This document shows positions 38,615 to 47,985 of a stretch of 61,779 nucleotides of DNA, one piece after another. Origin of the DNA: a virus (Duplodnaviria > Caudoviricetes); the IMG/VR virus record IMGVR_UViG_3300023246_000570, positions 1-61,779 of that record; one strand, 5' to 3'. The position numbers and the translations under genes are program-made. Positions within the stretch are counted from its first letter, which is position 1, and each line of letters starts with the position of its first letter. The notes below the pieces were generated by a model, which saw nothing but the letters and a program-made list of their open reading frames with translations, was not told where the DNA came from and made no database searches.

Positions 38615-40333
38615 TTAGTCGTATTTAGCTTTCTTGTAAGACTTCCCTGTAGGTTCTTTTCCCTCAGATGGATGTTTAACTTCTTCTGTTGGTGTCTCCT
38701 TTCTTTTTCTTTCTTCATTCGCAGCTTTTTCGGCATTTGTAAAATCCTGCTTAAATATAGCAGTAAAATTTGACTTTACATTATCTAATGGCATAATTAA
38801 ATTTAATTCACTTGGCTTCATGCTTTTTGTTTCCCATACATCTTCACTTACTTCTTCTCTTATTGAAATAGATTTATTCCTATCTGACATTGCTTCAAGC
38901 TGAACAAATCTACCTTCCTTGTCTTCCATTCCCCTTCTTCCAAATTTAGTATCACCAACCTTTATAGGAACAACATCAAGAATATTTATAATTTCAATTT
39001 TATTTCCTGTCTTTAAATCATACACATCTTTTTTACCAGGTTGAACCTTCATTGTTTTTCCTGTTATCTTAGGAAAAGAATAACCGTTATCCCACGCAAG
39101 GTCTATATTCTCACCCGTATGTGTTGTAGCTGATATTGTTTCATCACTAATAGTATATTCTACTTCTTCAAGTTCTTTTCCATGTGTTGCCAATTTTTTA
39201 GCAAGTGCATGTTTCCTATAAGACATATCTTTTTTCTTTATATTTAACTTTGGAACAATCTCATGTTTTATTCTTGATAATGCAGCTTTAGAAACAGCTT
39301 TAAATCCACCCTCTGGCTCTTGTCCTAATACTTCTCCTTCTCCTTTAAGTTTATAAGTATCGTCATACCAAATCTGCAAATCTGCAATTGCTGCATCTTC
39401 ATCAAAAACAATTTCATCATTATCATCCATTTTCAAATACGGAGACTTATGTGTTAATTCTTGTACTTTATTAAAATCTGCATCTCCCAATCCTTCCAAT
39501 TGATTAACGCTTATCATTGTCCTGTCTGCTAAATCTTTTGTTGAAATTTCTATAAATTTCGACAAACTCTTATGTGAAGTTGATAATCTGTTTCCTGTTT
39601 CGCTAATTGTCTTAACAGTCTTAGCCCAATCTTCCTCTGTCATATCTCCGCTTATTAAATCCGCACCCTCAATCATATCTCTCGAGTCTCTTACTTGAGG
39701 CTTTGTGTGTTCATCGGGACTTGCAAGTATGTCTATTGCTGTTTCATACGACTCATTCCATAATGCTGCAATATCTTCGGACTCCTGAATTATTTTATCC
39801 ATTCCTGGTTTTGCATACACACCACCATAAGCACCAGAACCGCCATGTTTTTCTTTGGAAATCCCAACAGACTTCTCCCAATTCAATCGGAGCATCTTTT
39901 CTTGTCCTTTATGAAACAATATATTTTTATCAAGGTCTACAATGTCTGCATATTTTACTTTGCCTGCTCTTCCTTTTTCTAATAATTTTTGTTTTGCTAA
40001 TTTCTCCTCAGCCTGTCTCGCATTTAAAACAGCATAAGGAAACAATCCACCTGTTGCTGCTATGGTTGGTGCAGAAAAAGTTTTACCACTATATCCTTGT
40101 TGTGTAACAGGAGTATCTCTTCCTGGAAAAAATGCGTCTTCGCTAAGTCCTGCTTCTTTTAAATTAAAACCTGGACTCTTTGCAATTTGTAGTTGCTCAT
40201 CTATGTAATCTCCTGTTGCATCTAATTCCGCAGGATTAAAAATATTGGAACTTGCAGGAGAAGTTACTCCCTTTGCATTACCAAGTATATCCGAGATACT
40301 TGTTTCTATATTTACATTTTCTAAATTTGCCAT
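38615..40333 (-). CDS. Probable internal virion/ejection protein
   Basis: Lies between the pilot-like gene and the giant gene; composition fits. Confidence 0.55.
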   Translation of the reverse strand: MANLENVNIETSISDILGNAKGVTSPASSNIFNPAELDATGDYIDEQLQIAKSPGFNLKEAGLSEDAFFPGRDTPVTQQGYSGKTFSAPTIAATGGLFPYAVLNARQAEEKLAKQKLLEKGRAGKVKYADIVDLDKNILFHKGQEKMLRLNWEKSVGISKEKHGGSGAYGGVYAKPGMDKIIQESEDIAALWNESYETAIDILASPDEHTKPQVRDSRDMIEGADLISGDMTEEDWAKTVKTISETGNRLSTSHKSLSKFIEISTKDLADRTMISVNQLEGLGDADFNKVQELTHKSPYLKMDDNDEIVFDEDAAIADLQIWYDDTYKLKGEGEVLGQEPEGGFKAVSKAALSRIKHEIVPKLNIKKKDMSYRKHALAKKLATHGKELEEVEYTISDETISATTHTGENIDLAWDNGYSFPKITGKTMKVQPGKKDVYDLKTGNKIEIINILDVVPIKVGDTKFGRRGMEDKEGRFVQLEAMSDRNKSISIREEVSEDVWETKSMKPSELNLIMPLDNVKSNFTAIFKQDFTNAEKAANEERKRKETPTEEVKHPSEGKEPTGKSYKKAKYD

Positions 40334-40334
40334 A

Positions 40335-41000
40335 TTATCTATTAATAAATGGAAGTCTTGGAATTATTTCTTCTTCGGGCAATTCTTCTGCACCTCTTGT
40401 TTGCATTGTCTGTAGTCCACTTGTTGGAAGAACACTTGTCGGAAGAACACTCGCTAAGCCACCCATTATATTACCCATTGCAGTTTTCTTTAACTCCGCA
40501 GATTCTCTCATTTTCTGTAACTTCTCCCACATCTGTAAATCCATTTTACGTGAGGCTATCTTGTCAAGTTGTGTTGCTGCTAATTGTGTAAACACCCCTA
40601 CTTGCTGTGATTGTAATGCTGCTAATCTGTTTGTAGCATCTCCTGCTGTTCTCTGTGCTGCTTGAAATCCTTGCAATGTAGTACCTACTCCTCCACCTAC
40701 TGTCTGTACGTTCTTCTGTGTTTGTGCTAAATTTTTCCCTATAATATCTGATATATATTGATATTCAGGACTTGTTCCAACTTCTAATTGTCTTTTCTTT
40801 CTTTGAATTTGATTTAGCATATCCCTTTGTTCAGGGTCTTCTAATGGTGCTCCGAGCTTATCAGCTTGGTTTCCTTTTATCATTCCCTCTATTCCTCCTC
40901 CAATACCTGCACCTATGCCTGCACCTATACCTGTTCCTACTCCTGGAATAACAGAACCAGCAATACCACCTATTGTTGTACCTAATAATTGTCCAATCAT
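40335..41000 (-). CDS. DNA pilot/ejection-like protein
   Basis: Glycine-zipper N-terminus (GGIAGSVIPGVGTGIGAGIGAGIGG) followed by a Q/A-rich helical body. Confidence 0.65.
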   Translation of the reverse strand: MIGQLLGTTIGGIAGSVIPGVGTGIGAGIGAGIGGGIEGMIKGNQADKLGAPLEDPEQRDMLNQIQRKKRQLEVGTSPEYQYISDIIGKNLAQTQKNVQTVGGGVGTTLQGFQAAQRTAGDATNRLAALQSQQVGVFTQLAATQLDKIASRKMDLQMWEKLQKMRESAELKKTAMGNIMGGLASVLPTSVLPTSGLQTMQTRGAEELPEEEIIPRLPFINR

Positions 41001-41085
41001 AGCTTAAAATTTAGCACAAATATAGTTTATTTTTTTAGAATAACAAAAAAAGTTCGTGTATATATTTTTATGTTTCTGTAAGTTG

Positions 41086-41126
41086 CTTATTTATACTTGT
41101 TCTTAATAAGAATTGTTTTATCTTTG
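41086..41126 (+). promoter_or_regulatory. Bacteroidota sigma-A-type promoter (TTG...TAnnTTTG) overlapped by a palindromic operator-like box
   Basis: TTG at 41097 and TATCTTTG at 41119-41126; the same layout occurs at 31204-31243, 55531-55571 and 59996-60035. Confidence 0.7.
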
Positions 41127-41159
41127 TACGAAATAGTCATAAATAAAAAATTATGAATT

Positions 41160-41304
41160 ATGATACTTAAAAAAATATTGAGTAAGGGACTTACTCTGAA
41201 AAATCGGAATGAACTGTCTACGTTAGTAGAAGTGTTGACTTCCGAAGCCCATCACATCGGCTCTGCCGTGTGTGGGTAGTTCACTTATTGCTATTTTGGA
41301 AAAT
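41160..41304 (+). ncRNA. Orphan TnpB omega-RNA-like element / IS200-IS605 right-end copy with putative guide
   Basis: 41242-41284 is the exact reverse complement of 47986-48028, ending GGGTAGTTCAC. Upstream hairpins GAGTAAG/CTTACTC and TCTAC/GTAGA; TATCTTTG promoter at 41119. Confidence 0.7.
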
Positions 41305-41339
41305 CCAAAATAGTGTTAAATAAATTAAAATTGAAAATT

Positions 41340-41447
41340 ATGGCAAAACAAGGAACACCTAAAAGAGATGGAAGCGGACAAGGTACTCGTCAAAATCAAG
41401 GTCGTGGTGGTTGTAAGACTACTAAAAAAGTTGGTAAAGGTAAATAG
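41340..41447 (+). CDS. Small basic Gly-rich peptide (35 aa), not in the ORF track
   Basis: AAAATTATG leader; MAKQGTPKRDGSGQG...; between motif copies. Confidence 0.5.
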   Translation: MAKQGTPKRDGSGQGTRQNQGRGGCKTTKKVGKGK

Positions 41448-41502
41448 GTTTAATTACACTATCTCGTATTATTATATGAGATAGTGTTAAATAATTTTAA
41501 CT

Positions 41503-41823
41503 ATGGAATACTTAGAAAAATTAGAGAAAAAAATTGACATTCTGTATAGTAAAATTAATTCATTACAGCAAACAATAGACAATAGGCTGTCTGTAATTGA
41601 AGATGATTTTTATGTAGATGACTATTTTGAACAAATGCCACATGACGGTAAAAAGAAAATACTAAAAACAAATGCAACTCCTTTCTGTAAGTGGATATAT
41701 GTTGGAAGAGGTACAGAACCTTGTCTCTGTACTCACTACACAACAAAGGAAAATTATGCTAAAAATTATGATGAAATTAAAAGTGAAGAAGAGATAATTA
41801 AAGAGAAGGAAAATTCTATTTAA
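41503..41823 (+). CDS. Accessory hypothetical protein
   Basis: Flanked by inverted motif copies at 41478 and 41816. Confidence 0.65.
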   Translation: MEYLEKLEKKIDILYSKINSLQQTIDNRLSVIEDDFYVDDYFEQMPHDGKKKILKTNATPFCKWIYVGRGTEPCLCTHYTTKENYAKNYDEIKSEEEIIKEKENSI

Positions 41824-42371
41824 CACTATCTCAAAAAATAAATTAAAAGTTCTTTGGTATATTGAAAAAATTGTTTATATTTGCACTTGAATTTCAGATA
41901 AAATTTATGTGTAATTATAAACAAAAATATTGGTTATGTGGTGTGAGTAAATTCTCTACACTTTGTGCATTGATTTTGTCTGAAACTCACATCACATAAC
42001 TGTTCTTAACTCAAAACAGTAGGACTTGATTATATCGAAGTCGAAACAAAAATTGAGTATAAAGGTTGCGAACTCAACGGTGCAGAAATAAATGTTTAGT
42101 GTATGCTCTGTGATTAACCACAACATACGACCTAAAGTAAATAATGCAGACGAGCCAAAAGTTATGTTTTACTCTTTAGCATAACACCATGTAATGGGTA
42201 GGGATGGGAGAATGTGATAGCAACAGCTTACTTTTTTAAAGTTCTTATTAAAGTAAAGAAATACTAAAGTTGCTCACTTTAGGGATAAAGGGACTGTTAT
42301 AATTAAAAACTAAAACTATTTTGATAACTATTTGAAATAGTGATAAATAAAATTAAATTAGAATTAAAATT

Positions 42372-42629
42372 ATGAAAAAATCAAAAAAGGAACGATTATC
42401 AGAACGCATTAATAAGCGTTTTAGAATTTTACATTTTCCATTAACTGGCAAATTTTATCCACAATATAGGGGCTATTGGCTTCTGAAGCAATATGGAACT
42501 GGAATTATAAGAACTGAAAGTATGTTTGATATTGCTGATGGATTTAGTACAGAAGATAATGCAAGAGAATATGTAGAACTCTATAAAGAACAAAAATTAA
42601 TGCAAAATATTAATTACATTAATTGTTAA
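42372..42629 (+). CDS. Accessory hypothetical protein
   Basis: Downstream of the motif at 42334. Confidence 0.65.
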   Translation: MKKSKKERLSERINKRFRILHFPLTGKFYPQYRGYWLLKQYGTGIIRTESMFDIADGFSTEDNAREYVELYKEQKLMQNINYINC

Positions 42630-42672
42630 TTTGAAATAGTGTTAAATAATTTTTTAATTAAAAATTAGAATT

Positions 42673-43026
42673 ATGAATTGGGAAGAAATATCAAAAAAAT
42701 ATCCTAAAGGATATAGTCTTTTACGGGGTTATGCAAAAACTTCAAAGCCTGAATTTGTTTGTTCAAAAATAATAAAAGGAATAAGATATTTATATGACTT
42801 CTTTGATGAACAATCTATATTCATTATAGTTGATTTAGAAATACAGCATACGAGAACAATAGATGAGGATGGAGAAAACCCACATTATGTTCCAGAAGGA
42901 TTTAGATTTGAAATACATGATAATTCATATTGTATAGCACATTCCGATAAAGTGTATAAAACAAGAACAGAATCCGAAACAAAAGCATTTACAAAAGGAT
43001 TTGAATTATTGGAACAAATTATCTAA
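42673..43026 (+). CDS. Accessory phage hypothetical protein
   Basis: LYDFFDEQ...TRTESE..AF.KGFELL pattern; flanked by inverted motifs at 42633 and 43019. Confidence 0.7.
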   Translation: MNWEEISKKYPKGYSLLRGYAKTSKPEFVCSKIIKGIRYLYDFFDEQSIFIIVDLEIQHTRTIDEDGENPHYVPEGFRFEIHDNSYCIAHSDKVYKTRTESETKAFTKGFELLEQII

Positions 43027-43041
43027 CACTATCTCAGAAAA

Positions 43042-46000
43042 TTATTGAATCTTTAAAATCTTACTTCCAACAATTGAATCTATTAGATTAAACTCCGTTG
43101 CCCCGTCATACCTTATTCGATAGAAGCAACTTGTATTTTGAACCCTGTCTCTATCCCCTGCCAACTTACGAGGAATAAAGTTATACCATCCGTTATAATC
43201 CTTGAGATAATAGGCATTAGCAGGGACTGACATGCTCTCTGCCAAGAAACATTCAGACATAGTAGTTAAACTTGTAGCAAAATCTATTCTATCTGGTTTT
43301 TGGTCAGAAGCTATTTTAATATCTATAAATTCTTTTCCTGCCATTTGGCTTGGTGCAGACACGTTAATTATTTCTGCTTGGATATTACTACCATCTATAT
43401 CATATCCTACGCCTAACGCATACACAGAAGTCTCTTTTACCGAATACACACTATCTCCTATTGAAATAAATCTTTCTCCGTAATAGTCATAAGTACCATA
43501 CCATGACTGACCTTTAATTCCGTAAACAAAAGTTTCCCTTATACCTATTCCATCTCCTGTATCCCATCCTGAACCATTCCATGTTACTTTTGCTTTTCCT
43601 GTTCTTGCAACCAAAGTTGTTATTGTTGAATATTGATTTGTATGATGAACTGTAATGTCATTTATAGAACTATTTACAAGATACATATATTCTCCAATAT
43701 TAAACAATGTTGCTGGTAAATATAACACATGAACAGTATCACAATAAGAAGCAACTTCATATATATTGCTTGGAGTAGCCAAATAATCATGTGCAAATGT
43801 ATCGCCAATTAAAAGATAATATGGAGAAATAGTAACAGGATTATCCATTAAGATAATATCTTTTGTTTGTTTAATGTTTAACCAATACTCTTCATTTAGT
43901 TTATCAACCACCCCTGTTACTGGAGTTGTATATCCTGACTCAATTGTACTTAGCCCATCTCCATAAACTCTATTATAGTACTTGTGGTCTTTTGCTATAT
44001 CAGTTATTTGATTATCAAACATCATATAAACAGACATTTGGTTAGCAAAGAATAATGCTTTTTTATATTCTGCCACACTTCTCCACATCTCATCATTCAT
44101 TCCTATGTCTTTGCTTAACCAAAGTTCTGATTGAATAAATCCATCTATAGGAGTTGTGTAACCAATAGTATTACCTATTGCATCTGCCATAGTTGTTTTT
44201 CCTGTTAGAAGTAAACAGATCCCATTATTAGTTATTGCATAAAGATTTTCACCTTTGCTTGTTTCTGTATCATACGCAAACTTAATTGCTCCCTGTGCGT
44301 CTGAAATAGCCAAAGCATTTCCTGATGGAAAAGAACGCAAGGAAGGACTGTTTTGTTCGTTAATTAATCTTGGCTCACTCCAAATAACTAAAGAACAGAA
44401 AGCATTTTTTTCTTCATATCCCACAGCAGGCTTTGTGAATGCCATAGAAGCTGTGTTCCATGTGGAATAGTCTGAATTAGTAACATCTCCTATGTTCTCT
44501 TGATTGCCAAATAATAGTCCTCCGTATTCCCACCATAAAGTTTCATTAGGATAATCTGTAAGATAAGTAGCACTAAGTTTACCTCCGCCAAAATTATTAA
44601 CATCTATATCTGTAGTGTCCCATTTCTCAGGTCGCATAATATAATGTATAGAAGGAAATCTTTCTAAATTATGATTTGTTGGAGTATCAAACATGTAAGG
44701 TATGTGACATCTTGATTCTGCTGTGTACATCCATACGTGTTGTCGCAGAAACTCTAATATGGCATAATTAAATTCCGTTGCTGGCCAACCAGAACTCCCC
44801 CATCCTGAACCATCAAACTGATACATATTTAAAGTGTTGGCTGCATTGTTTATTCTTTGATAGTTGTCGCTATACTTATAAGTCATATAAGGCATGCCTC
44901 TGTATAATGGATATTCATTAATCGGGTCGCCATCGTTATCATACAAGCCATCAACAGTAGCTCCTACAGTTTCTCCAATAGAACAATCTCCACCAAATAC
45001 TTTTAAAGGAGCTCTGTTATCATATCTTACTATAACCTTGCTGTCATCGCTTGGAAAAAAATACTCAGGAGCAGCACTAACGTAAGCAGAATAAATAGCT
45101 GGAAACTCAAAGAATATTAAAGAACCTCTTTCATTATAACTATGCCAGTAAACACCATAAGCATTGACATGATTACCTCCTCCAATATCAGCTTCATAAA
45201 ATCCATTTAAAACTATCTCGTCTAATATATCTTCTATTTGTACTTGTGTTTTATTTTCTACATTTAACCATGCTCTCTCTTTGTGTGTGTTTGGGTCTTC
45301 AATATAAATAAAATAATTAGAAATAGAAGCAGGAGCAGGAGCAAGATAATTAAATGGAGCACAATCTTCTATTCTCTCATCTACTAAATTAAAACTTGTA
45401 GTATTCGCCATATTAAATATACCAATAACACTTTTTATTTTCTGATAATGTCCTGTTTCAATATAACTGTTTATGTTGTTGTTTGGAAGAGTAGCATCTT
45501 TATCTATTATGTTTGCTATATAAATTGGCTCTGCGTAATCTTGACATAACAAATGGTTAATGTCGGCATTTGAACCTGCTGTTCCATCATATCCATATAA
45601 GTCATCGTCAAGTTCTATACTCCACCAATCACCCCTGCCTGACTTCAAGTTTTCTAAACTAACACTATTAATACCAAAAGTCCTATTGCCATTAGTATTG
45701 TTTGGTGCAGAAGCATCATAAAATGGATGTGCAATACCACCAATAACAGTATTTCTCCATCTACCATATTCTGTAAAGAAATGTTCATCTGAACCTTGCC
45801 TTCTTAAACCTGGATTCATATTGGCATTATTATCCACTACTCTCGCATAAGACATTAATTCAACCCCCCTGTGTCCTGTTGCCAAAGCCCACCCAAACAA
45901 ACCTCCACCGTCAAAATCAGATGTGTGTGTTCCATGACTTGAATTATATACTTCTGAAAACATCCCTATTGGTGCAACAAACTGTATGTGGTGGTCTGTA

Positions 46001-47901
46001 GTTATATCTCTTGCAAAAAAGTTTACATCATCACTTATGAATTTTATTTTATCTAATTCTTTTGAAACAAAATCATCAACAGTTCCACTAACTGTCAATT
46101 TTTTATTATGATATGTAGCCAGCCCCTGCGCAACAACTCTACCTGCCGGAGCAGTCCTTACTATAGTAAATGCTTCTACCCAATCAGGCAGTCCTGTAAC
46201 TCCCTGTATAGCTATTCCTGTAGAATAATACTGTGGAGTAAATCCTGGAGGGTTATATAAAACTGCATAATCTATTATGTCCGCTGGCACTCCTGAATTT
46301 AAACTAATTTGTGGATTAACTCTAAATTCATGGTCTGCTACATCTACATCGTCTTGTGATTTTGGATTAAGTACATTATATGTATGTCCACCATCTGTAG
46401 ATAACGAATATTCTGTACTACCTGTTCCTGTCTTTGCTCTTGGTGTTTCAGTTATATCAGACACCTCAAAAGTATCTGTGTCGGTAACATTATTCACATC
46501 TACGCTTCTATTTACGCATCCTTTCCAAAGACTATTAGTTAAATAATTAGAATCTCCTTCAACTTTATCTCTTCTATTCGGCATAGTGATACCATCTGTT
46601 GCAACGCTAACAGAATTTTCAGGAATTGGAACGACAAAAGCTCTGTCTCCATTTGCACCAAAACATAGCATAGCAAAACCATAAGTCTCTCCACCCATGT
46701 AATGCTTATGGTATGTTGAGTTGTATGGGTCTTTGTAACCAATAGTTCCGTCAGTATGTAATGAAGAAGTTCCATCTCCACCTAATTTATTCTTAAATGG
46801 ATACATATAATTTCCAGAATTAGATTCTAAAAACTCAATATCGCTATCTTCTAAATTCTTTGAAACATATTTAATGTTCATTAGAATCAATTTATTCTGA
46901 TAATATCTTACTGCTTTTGCTGTATCCACCGTATTGAACGTTTGAGTATCTTCTTGGTCTGTTAATGGTATCCAATCAACTGTTGCATCATCAACAAAGT
47001 CATCCTCAATTCTTGACTCCCCATCTGCCAATGGAATTAAATATTCTGTAACTTCCGACACAGGAACATATCCAAGAACAGCTTCATTTGTAAGTGAAAT
47101 TCTTTTTATTTCTATGTGAGAATAATTATGCTCATTAAATATTCTAAATTTAAGTTTAATTCCATAAGGACATGAAAGACCTCCATCTGCTCCGTAGGTT
47201 TTTGTATTTGGATATGGAGAAGCATTGTTAAATTCAACCTTTCCAATAACTGGAATCAATGGAGTCAACATAGACCATTGTGTTCTGTTCCCTGCTGTGT
47301 CTACGTATCTTAGTGCATAAGCATAGTGTCCTGATTTCAATCCGTTTGTTCCTCTTGAAACTAATTCAACAAACATTGGCATATCTAATTGTCGCTTTAA
47401 CTGTACCGTATATTGAGATAAATCAAAATCTGCAAAATATTTATCAGAACCAGCATCAAAAGAATCTACCATATCCTTAACGTCAAATATCATTGGTGCA
47501 ACATTAAAATCAGTTGGGAAAACTTCTCCACCCAAACAGTTTTCGTTTACCGCTATTTGTAGTGGGTGGTTATATGTAGTTGGCAAATCAGAACTCTCAC
47601 AGACTATATCATCATCTATAGATATAAATGAATCACTTCCGTCTTTAGCCCAAAATACTACTTTATATCCTTTGCATCCACACGCACCTATGCACGTATA
47701 ATCATCATATCCTGCAAATGTGTAATCAATTAATTCTCCTTTGATTTTTTGTAATGCTCCACTATTGCCATCTGTAGATTGTGGTCTTACGTTTTTAGCA
47801 TCTACGTATCTTCCTTTTTCTGTTTGAACTAATTCGGGGTTAGTATCGGAGTCTGCTCCTTTGAAGTAAAATTGTTGGTCTAATATTTTTTTTTCAGCCA
47901 T
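43042..47901 (-). CDS. Tail stabilisation/nozzle protein (crAss muzzle / P22 gp10-like)
   Basis: 1619 aa beta-rich; N-terminal FKGADSDTNPE...YVDAKNVR, GHYAYALRYVD and GETYGFAM patterns like crAss-type stabilisation proteins; near the ring-like genes. Confidence 0.7.
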   Translation of the reverse strand: MAEKKILDQQFYFKGADSDTNPELVQTEKGRYVDAKNVRPQSTDGNSGALQKIKGELIDYTFAGYDDYTCIGACGCKGYKVVFWAKDGSDSFISIDDDIVCESSDLPTTYNHPLQIAVNENCLGGEVFPTDFNVAPMIFDVKDMVDSFDAGSDKYFADFDLSQYTVQLKRQLDMPMFVELVSRGTNGLKSGHYAYALRYVDTAGNRTQWSMLTPLIPVIGKVEFNNASPYPNTKTYGADGGLSCPYGIKLKFRIFNEHNYSHIEIKRISLTNEAVLGYVPVSEVTEYLIPLADGESRIEDDFVDDATVDWIPLTDQEDTQTFNTVDTAKAVRYYQNKLILMNIKYVSKNLEDSDIEFLESNSGNYMYPFKNKLGGDGTSSLHTDGTIGYKDPYNSTYHKHYMGGETYGFAMLCFGANGDRAFVVPIPENSVSVATDGITMPNRRDKVEGDSNYLTNSLWKGCVNRSVDVNNVTDTDTFEVSDITETPRAKTGTGSTEYSLSTDGGHTYNVLNPKSQDDVDVADHEFRVNPQISLNSGVPADIIDYAVLYNPPGFTPQYYSTGIAIQGVTGLPDWVEAFTIVRTAPAGRVVAQGLATYHNKKLTVSGTVDDFVSKELDKIKFISDDVNFFARDITTDHHIQFVAPIGMFSEVYNSSHGTHTSDFDGGGLFGWALATGHRGVELMSYARVVDNNANMNPGLRRQGSDEHFFTEYGRWRNTVIGGIAHPFYDASAPNNTNGNRTFGINSVSLENLKSGRGDWWSIELDDDLYGYDGTAGSNADINHLLCQDYAEPIYIANIIDKDATLPNNNINSYIETGHYQKIKSVIGIFNMANTTSFNLVDERIEDCAPFNYLAPAPASISNYFIYIEDPNTHKERAWLNVENKTQVQIEDILDEIVLNGFYEADIGGGNHVNAYGVYWHSYNERGSLIFFEFPAIYSAYVSAAPEYFFPSDDSKVIVRYDNRAPLKVFGGDCSIGETVGATVDGLYDNDGDPINEYPLYRGMPYMTYKYSDNYQRINNAANTLNMYQFDGSGWGSSGWPATEFNYAILEFLRQHVWMYTAESRCHIPYMFDTPTNHNLERFPSIHYIMRPEKWDTTDIDVNNFGGGKLSATYLTDYPNETLWWEYGGLLFGNQENIGDVTNSDYSTWNTASMAFTKPAVGYEEKNAFCSLVIWSEPRLINEQNSPSLRSFPSGNALAISDAQGAIKFAYDTETSKGENLYAITNNGICLLLTGKTTMADAIGNTIGYTTPIDGFIQSELWLSKDIGMNDEMWRSVAEYKKALFFANQMSVYMMFDNQITDIAKDHKYYNRVYGDGLSTIESGYTTPVTGVVDKLNEEYWLNIKQTKDIILMDNPVTISPYYLLIGDTFAHDYLATPSNIYEVASYCDTVHVLYLPATLFNIGEYMYLVNSSINDITVHHTNQYSTITTLVARTGKAKVTWNGSGWDTGDGIGIRETFVYGIKGQSWYGTYDYYGERFISIGDSVYSVKETSVYALGVGYDIDGSNIQAEIINVSAPSQMAGKEFIDIKIASDQKPDRIDFATSLTTMSECFLAESMSVPANAYYLKDYNGWYNFIPRKLAGDRDRVQNTSCFYRIRYDGATEFNLIDSIVGSKILKIQ

Positions 47902-47985
47902 ACGAGATAGTGTTAGATAATTTAGTGCAAATATAACAAATTTTGCCTTAATAACAAATTTAGAATTTTTCTAAATAGAATAGTG

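Noticed and set aside
47966-47985. TnpB guide targeting the dispersed motif
   Set aside because: Only CACTATT is shared, too short to support targeting; no full protospacer was seen in the window.
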